DNA from: Alphaproteobacteria bacterium
Lineage (GTDB): Bacteria; Pseudomonadota; Alphaproteobacteria; UBA6615
Assembly (NCBI GenBank): GCA_965248805.1
Contig: CBDFKJ010000006.1
Span: 205,473 to 269,472 of the forward strand
Length of the DNA stretch: 64,000 nucleotides
Direction: 5' to 3'
Below the pieces are notes generated by a model. That model did not search any database, was not told the origin of the DNA, and worked only from the letters and a program-made list of their open reading frames with translations. Shown here piece by piece: positions 58,669 through 64,000 of this stretch. Every line of letters begins with the position of its first letter. The stretch's first letter is position 1. The translations under genes were made by a program, and so were the position numbers.

Positions 58669-60228
58669 TCAGCCTTGCTGCGCCTCGCTGATCTCCACAT
58701 GTCGCGGAAAGACCGGCGACGGCGCTGGCAGCTTGGCGCCCGACGACAGTGCATCCTGCGGCCCAAGCCGGGCGAAGTCCCGAGCATCTGCGGCCACACC
58801 CAACTGGTCGAGCAAATTGCCGCCGGCATCAGGCATGACCGGCTGCAGAAGGATCGCCAGATGCCGCACCGCTTCGATGACCACGTACAGCACGGTTGCC
58901 ATGCGCTCCGGGTCGGTCTTGCGTAGCGTCCACGGGGCTTGGTGGTCGACATATCGATTGGCGTCGTGCACGACCCGCCAAATCGCTTCCAAGGCGCGGT
59001 TAATCGATTGCTCGGCGACCAAATCACGCACGGGCGCCAGCAGTCCGTGTGCGGCGCCGAGCAGCGCCTGATCGTCGTTTGTGAAGGCGGCGGGCTGCGG
59101 CACCGACCCGGTGCAGTTGCGTGCGATCATGGTCAGAACGCGCTGCGCCAGATTGCCCAGATCGTTGGCGAGGTCGCCGTTGATACGCCCGACCAGCGAA
59201 CCATGACTGATATAGCCGTCTTGCCCGAACACGACCTCGCGCATGAGGTAGTAGCGCACCTGATCGAGGCCGTACTGTTCGACCAAATCGAACGGCGACA
59301 TGACGTTGCCGAGCGACTTGGACATCTTCTCGCCCTTGTTGAGCAGCCAGCCATGGGCGAATACGCGCTGCGGCGGGCTCAGACCCGCCGCCATCAGGAA
59401 GGCGGGCCAGTACACGGCGTGGAAGCGCAAGATATCCTTGCCGACCATGTGCAGGTCGGCAGGCCAGAACTTGGCGAACGTTTCGCTGTCGCCTTCGGGG
59501 TAGCCGACACCGGTGAGGTAGTTGGTCAGCGCATCCAGCCACACATACATGATGTGTCCGGGAGCCTCGGGCACCGGCATGCCCCAGGCGAAGCTGGTGC
59601 GACTGATCGACAGGTCGTGCAACCCACCCTTGACAAAACTCATGACCTCGTTGCGGCGCGCATCGGGGCCGATGAAGTCGCGCTCGCGCTCATAAAGTTC
59701 GAGCAGCCGATCCTGCCACGCCGAAAGCCGAAAAAAGTAGCTCGGTTCCTCGAGCCATTCGACCTCGGCGCCACTCGGCGCACGCTTCTTGCCATCGGCG
59801 CCCTCGGTGAGCTCGTCCTCGGCATAGAAGGCCTCGTCGCGCACGGCGTACCAGCCGGCATAGCTGCCCAGATAGATATCGCCGTTGGCCTCGATTGCGC
59901 GCCAAATCGCCTGCGACGCGGCGATGTGCCGCGGCTCGGTCGTGCGGATGAAGTCGTCGTTCGAGCAGTTCATGAACGACGCCAGGTGGCGAAAGTTCTG
60001 ACTGACCTCGTCGGTGAAGGTCTGCGGGTCCTTGCCGGCGGCGAGCGCCGACTTCTCGACCTTCTGGCCATGCTCGTCGGTGCCGGTGAGGAATTTCACC
60101 TCGTGGCCGTCGAGGCGCATGAACCGGGCCATGACATCGCACGCCAGCGTCGTGTAGGCGTGGCCGATATGCGGCCGATCGTTGACGTAGTAGATCGGCG
60201 ACGTCACGTAGTAGGTCGGGCGCGGCAT
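58669..60228 (-). CDS. metG: methionyl-tRNA synthetase
   Basis: 519 aa class-I synthetase with HIGHAYT and KMSKSLGN motifs. Confidence 0.95.
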   Translation of the reverse strand: MPRPTYYVTSPIYYVNDRPHIGHAYTTLACDVMARFMRLDGHEVKFLTGTDEHGQKVEKSALAAGKDPQTFTDEVSQNFRHLASFMNCSNDDFIRTTEPRHIAASQAIWRAIEANGDIYLGSYAGWYAVRDEAFYAEDELTEGADGKKRAPSGAEVEWLEEPSYFFRLSAWQDRLLELYERERDFIGPDARRNEVMSFVKGGLHDLSISRTSFAWGMPVPEAPGHIMYVWLDALTNYLTGVGYPEGDSETFAKFWPADLHMVGKDILRFHAVYWPAFLMAAGLSPPQRVFAHGWLLNKGEKMSKSLGNVMSPFDLVEQYGLDQVRYYLMREVVFGQDGYISHGSLVGRINGDLANDLGNLAQRVLTMIARNCTGSVPQPAAFTNDDQALLGAAHGLLAPVRDLVAEQSINRALEAIWRVVHDANRYVDHQAPWTLRKTDPERMATVLYVVIEAVRHLAILLQPVMPDAGGNLLDQLGVAADARDFARLGPQDALSSGAKLPAPSPVFPRHVEISEAQQG

Positions 60229-60246
60229 CTGAACCTCTGTCGGGCT

Positions 60247-61329
60247 TTACCGGGCTTGCGCCGCTTCGGCCAAGTCCAGAACCGCGTTCAGGAACACCTG
60301 CTTGCGGTCGAGGTTGAGGCTTTGTGCGCGGGCGAACAGGCGGCTGGTCTTTTCCCACACGGTCACCCACCCTTCAAGGGCGCGGCCATTCGCCAACCGC
60401 GCGTGAAGCGCCGCCTCGCCCGCGATGACCTCTTCCGCCGGCGCGACGCCGCGCGCCGCGGCTCCGACCAGCCGCTCCAGCCATCGCAGCAACAGATAGG
60501 ACGTGGTGCGAAACGCTTCCTCGCCGGTGGCGCCGCGTCCAAATCGGTCGGCACGCGTATGCAGCTTCTTGATGTCCAATTCCGGCAGAGGCTGCAGCAG
60601 GTCCATGAGCGTGCGAAATTCATCGATACCGCCGGCATCGGCCAGCGCCGCCGCCTGGCCCGGCGCGCCATTAGACAGGCGGGCCAGGACGTGCGCGTCC
60701 TCGGATGCAATATCCCCGCGCACGGTCGCCAATACCTCCAGCACCTGCTCCGTCGTTAGCGGCCGCAGCGCCAAACGATGGCATCGCGAGCGAATGGTTG
60801 GCAGCAGTTGCGACGGCGTATGGCAAACGAGCAGGAACACCGTTTGTGACGGCGGTTCCTCCAGCAGTTTCAGCAGGGCATTCGCGGCGCTGTTGGTCAT
60901 CTCGTCGGCCGCATCGATTACGACGGTGCGCCAGCCCCCCAGTGCGACGGTCTGGCGCAGAAACGGCGCCAGCGCCCGGATATCGTCGACGGCGATGTCC
61001 TGACGCAGGCGCGGCGGTGTGCTCGCGCTGCTCACCGTGCGGCGGACCAGTCGACAGGCCGGGTGCGTGCCGGCCGCAACCAAGCGGTAGGCACGTGATC
61101 CCGGATCGATGTCCAGGCCCTCGCCCTGCCCGCCTCCCTGCAGGACGAAGCGCGAGCAGCGCCAAGCGAAGGTCGCCTTGCCGGCACCCTTGAGCCCGCT
61201 GATAAGCCAGGCATGACCCAGGCGATTCGCGCGCCAGCAGCGCAGGAACACCTGCTCGGCATCCTCGTGACCGATCAGGCGCGTGGCGGTGCGCGGCGCT
61301 TCGATGGCTGCGATGGCGTCTTCACTCAT
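60247..61329 (-). CDS. holB: DNA polymerase III subunit delta-prime
   Basis: AAA+ clamp-loader fold (GLKGAGKATFA). Conserved position between tmk and metG. Start at M3, giving ATGA coupling with tmk. Confidence 0.85.
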   Translation of the reverse strand: MSEDAIAAIEAPRTATRLIGHEDAEQVFLRCWRANRLGHAWLISGLKGAGKATFAWRCSRFVLQGGGQGEGLDIDPGSRAYRLVAAGTHPACRLVRRTVSSASTPPRLRQDIAVDDIRALAPFLRQTVALGGWRTVVIDAADEMTNSAANALLKLLEEPPSQTVFLLVCHTPSQLLPTIRSRCHRLALRPLTTEQVLEVLATVRGDIASEDAHVLARLSNGAPGQAAALADAGGIDEFRTLMDLLQPLPELDIKKLHTRADRFGRGATGEEAFRTTSYLLLRWLERLVGAAARGVAPAEEVIAGEAALHARLANGRALEGWVTVWEKTSRLFARAQSLNLDRKQVFLNAVLDLAEAAQAR

Positions 61330-61964
61330 GGCCACGCCACGTCTAGCCGATCGCCGACGATTGTGCGAATGCGGGCGTGGAGATCCTCCGGCGCCAAAGT
61401 GGCATCGACCACCGCACAGCGCTGCGGCGCTCGGTCGGCAATCTCCAGGAAGCCTTGGCGCACGCGCCGGTGAAAATCGAGCGCCATGCGTTCATACCGT
61501 GTTTCCGCGTCTTCTCGGCCTTGCGCGCGCTCCAGCCCCAGCTCCGGCGGCAGATCCAGGACGACGGTCAGATCGGCGTGGAACTCACCGGCGACGATGC
61601 CGTGCAACATGGCGAGCGCGGCGCGATCCACGCCTTGGCCGTAGCCTTGATAGGCAAGCGTGGAATCGGCGAAGCGATCGCTCACCACCCACCGGCCGTC
61701 GGCTAACGCCGGCCAGACCGTGTCGATCAGGTGGGCTCGCCGTGCCGCGCAATGCAAGAGAGCCTCCGCCAAGCCATCCCATGGCTGGTCCCCATCGGCG
61801 AGCAGCAGCGCGCGGATAGCGTCGGCATTGGAGGAGCCGCCGGGCTCTCGCGTGGACAGAGGGTTCAGTCCGACGGTCGCCAGGGCGTCGACGAGCAGGC
61901 GCTGCTGTGTCGTCTTGCCGGCGCCGTCGCCGCCTTCGAGCGAAATGAACTTTCCTGGCGGCAC
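61326..61964 (-). CDS. tmk: thymidylate kinase
   Basis: 212 aa beginning FISLEGGDGAGKTTQ. Confidence 0.93.
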   Translation of the reverse strand: MPPGKFISLEGGDGAGKTTQQRLLVDALATVGLNPLSTREPGGSSNADAIRALLLADGDQPWDGLAEALLHCAARRAHLIDTVWPALADGRWVVSDRFADSTLAYQGYGQGVDRAALAMLHGIVAGEFHADLTVVLDLPPELGLERAQGREDAETRYERMALDFHRRVRQGFLEIADRAPQRCAVVDATLAPEDLHARIRTIVGDRLDVAWP

Positions 61965-61975
61965 GAAACGCGCGA

Positions 61976-63142
61976 CTAGCCGCCGGCGCCCCAGATCAAA
62001 AAGCTGATGGCTCCGGAGATGCGGCCGAACAGGTTCCTTTGCGGCACTGCCTGGGCGGCGTAAAGCGGCCGTTCGATGGGCTCCAGATCCGGCGCTTCGA
62101 CGACCAGGGTGGCAACTTGCGTACCCTCGGCGATGGGCGCCGGCACCGGCGCGTTGTAGATGACGACGACCTTCATTTCCTTGCGGGCACCGCGCGGCAT
62201 GGTCACGATCAGGTCGTCTTCGATGCGCAGCGGGACGTGGCTCGCCTCGCCGAGCCAGACCTCGGCCTCGTCGACGTGCTGACCACTCTCGAACAGGCGC
62301 GCGTTGTCGAATTCACGCATGCCCCACTGCATCAGGTTGACCGATTCCTCGCTGCGGGCACGCACGCTGTCCAGCCCATTCAGCACCATGATCAGGCGCC
62401 TCTCGCCACGTGTCATGGATGCGGTCAGCCCATAGCCGGAGGCCTCGGTGTGGCCGGTCTTCAGGCCGTCCGCCCCGATGTCGCGATAGAGAAGCGGATT
62501 TCGGTTGCCTTGCTTGATCTCACTGTAGGTGAATTCCTTCTCCGAGAAGTAGTGATAGTAGTCCGGAAATTCGGTGATCAGGCTCGCGGCAAGCGTGGCC
62601 AGATCGCGCGCCGTCGTCAGGTGCTTGGGATCTGGCCAGCCGGTCGAGTTACGAAATGTGCTATCGGCCAGGCCCAGTTCGCGCCCGCGGGCCGTCATTT
62701 CCTTGGCGAATGCGTCCTCGGTTCCGGCCAATCCCTCGGCCATGACGATGCAGGCATCGTTGCCGGATTGAACGATAATGCCGCGGAGAATATCCTCCAC
62801 GCGGACGCTCTTGCCGACCTCGACAAACATCTTGGAGCCGCCCATTCGCCAGGCCTTTTCCGAGACCGGCAAGCTGTCGTCGAGCGACAGCCGGCCATCG
62901 CGCAGGCTCTCGAAGGCCATGTACACGGTCATGATCTTGCTCATCGACGCCGGCGGCATAAGCTCGTCGGCGTTCTTCTCGAACAACACCGTGCCGGTCT
63001 CGTAGTCCAAGAGGATGGCGTTCGTGGCCGCGGTCTCGAAGTCCGCCGCGCTTGCGGCGCCGACGATGGCGGCCAATGCGGCCACTACGCCGACGGCACC
63101 CGCGCATCGGATGGTCGACACGATCATTGACATGCGCATCAA
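61976..63142 (-). CDS. dacC: D-alanyl-D-alanine carboxypeptidase (PBP5/6-like serine peptidase S11)
   Basis: Signal peptide plus SxxK (ASMSKIMT), SGN and KTG motifs. Confidence 0.88.
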   Translation of the reverse strand: MMRMSMIVSTIRCAGAVGVVAALAAIVGAASAADFETAATNAILLDYETGTVLFEKNADELMPPASMSKIMTVYMAFESLRDGRLSLDDSLPVSEKAWRMGGSKMFVEVGKSVRVEDILRGIIVQSGNDACIVMAEGLAGTEDAFAKEMTARGRELGLADSTFRNSTGWPDPKHLTTARDLATLAASLITEFPDYYHYFSEKEFTYSEIKQGNRNPLLYRDIGADGLKTGHTEASGYGLTASMTRGERRLIMVLNGLDSVRARSEESVNLMQWGMREFDNARLFESGQHVDEAEVWLGEASHVPLRIEDDLIVTMPRGARKEMKVVVIYNAPVPAPIAEGTQVATLVVEAPDLEPIERPLYAAQAVPQRNLFGRISGAISFLIWGAGG

Positions 63143-63179
63143 CAGTCTCCCGGCCGCGCCGTCAGCAACCGGCCGCGGC

Positions 63180-64000
63180 TCACTGGATGGCCATTACGAT
63201 TTGAGCGTCGGCTACGCCGGCATTTGCAACGCGGTTCAGCACCGATTGCGCTTCCGGTATCGTCGCCATCGGCCCCACGCGTACGCGATACAGCGTCGTC
63301 AGGTCGCGCTCGAACTGTGAGATTCGCGCGTATCCCAGATGTGACACCTTGTCGCGCATCGACAGTGCGTTGGAGAAGAAGGAGAACGCGCCGACTTGGA
63401 CGTAGATGTCCCCGTCGCCCGCCGCGGTTGCCGCGACCGTCGCGTTGGCCAGGGGATCGGCGGCTACCGGCCGAGGCGCAATCTGGGCTCCTCCAGCCGT
63501 CGCCGGCGCATAGGCTATTTGGGTTTGAGGGGCCTCGACGCGGCGCAGAGGCATGGTCTCGACCCGCGCCACGGCCAGGGCCTCGATTGGAGATAGGGGC
63601 GACGTCTCGACCGGCACCGTCGGTGCGGCGGCGACCCGGACTTGCTCGGTTTTGCCGATGGGCGAATTCAACGCGGCGAGCTTCAACTTCCGGCTCGGTT
63701 CCTCCAGATAACGAATGCGAACGCGCGCGGTGCCTTGCACCTCGAAGCCGAGCAATTCCGCGGCGCGGCGCGAGACGTCGATGATCCGGTCGTTGACGAA
63801 CGGGCCGCGGTCGTTCACCCGCAGTGTCAGGGTCCGGCCATTGTCGAGATTGCGGACCTCGACCGCACTCGGCATCGGCAGGGTCCGATGGGCGGCGGTC
63901 AGCGCTTCCATATCGTAAGTGTCGCCGTTGGCGGTCACCTTGTTGTGGAAATCCGCGCCGTACCAGGATGCGATACCTTCCTCGGCGTAGCCCTCAACCT
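63180..64000 (-). CDS. rlpA: septal ring lytic transglycosylase RlpA family protein with C-terminal SPOR domain (5' end outside window)
   Basis: DPBB domain (SWYG...ANGDTYDM...AAHRTLP...RVNDRGPF) continues past position 64000. SPOR domain at the C-terminus. Confidence 0.85.
   Translation of the reverse strand, partial: VEGYAEEGIASWYGADFHNKVTANGDTYDMEALTAAHRTLPMPSAVEVRNLDNGRTLTLRVNDRGPFVNDRIIDVSRRAAELLGFEVQGTARVRIRYLEEPSRKLKLAALNSPIGKTEQVRVAAAPTVPVETSPLSPIEALAVARVETMPLRRVEAPQTQIAYAPATAGGAQIAPRPVAADPLANATVAATAAGDGDIYVQVGAFSFFSNALSMRDKVSHLGYARISQFERDLTTLYRVRVGPMATIPEAQSVLNRVANAGVADAQIVMAIQ

Overview
High-GC (about 67-68%) chromosomal segment, almost certainly from an alphaproteobacterium. Evidence for that placement is lpxI in place of lpxH, an E1-beta (pdhB) carrying an N-terminal lipoyl domain, the ntrBC-ntrYX-trkA-hfq-hflX block, a GTTC-N7-GTTC LexA box, and the trpGDC-moaC-moeA-lexA neighbourhood. 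About 55 intact housekeeping genes are present. From left to right they are dxr-rseP-bamA-skp-lpxD-fabZ-lpxA-lpxI-lpxB; gloA, gltA, gltX; a comEC pseudogene next to lexA; moeA-moaC-trpCDG; trpE translationally coupled to ppiD; tpiA-secG-pyrG-kdsA-eno-ftsB-pdhABC-lpd-lipA; ispDF-pgpA-cinA; ntrB/C/Y/X-trkA-hfq-hflX; and mazG, tatD, metG, holB, tmk, dacC, rlpA. The only clearly accessory DNA is an IS graveyard at about 37.6-41.9 kb. It contains two related but divergent IS5/IS1182-like elements in inverted orientation, both with frameshifted transposases, and a 5'-truncated, internally deleted IS630-family remnant. A DUF302 gene there is demonstrably split by one of the insertions. Other points of interest are a multiply lesioned comEC (one in-frame TAA and two frameshifts), a single-base frameshift in gloA, an orphan ORF with low GC3 where dusB/nifR3 is expected, and a YpjD-like 8-TM membrane protein read through in frame into NtrB. 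I found no CRISPR array, no rRNA or tRNA gene, and no obvious defence or secretion island by eye.
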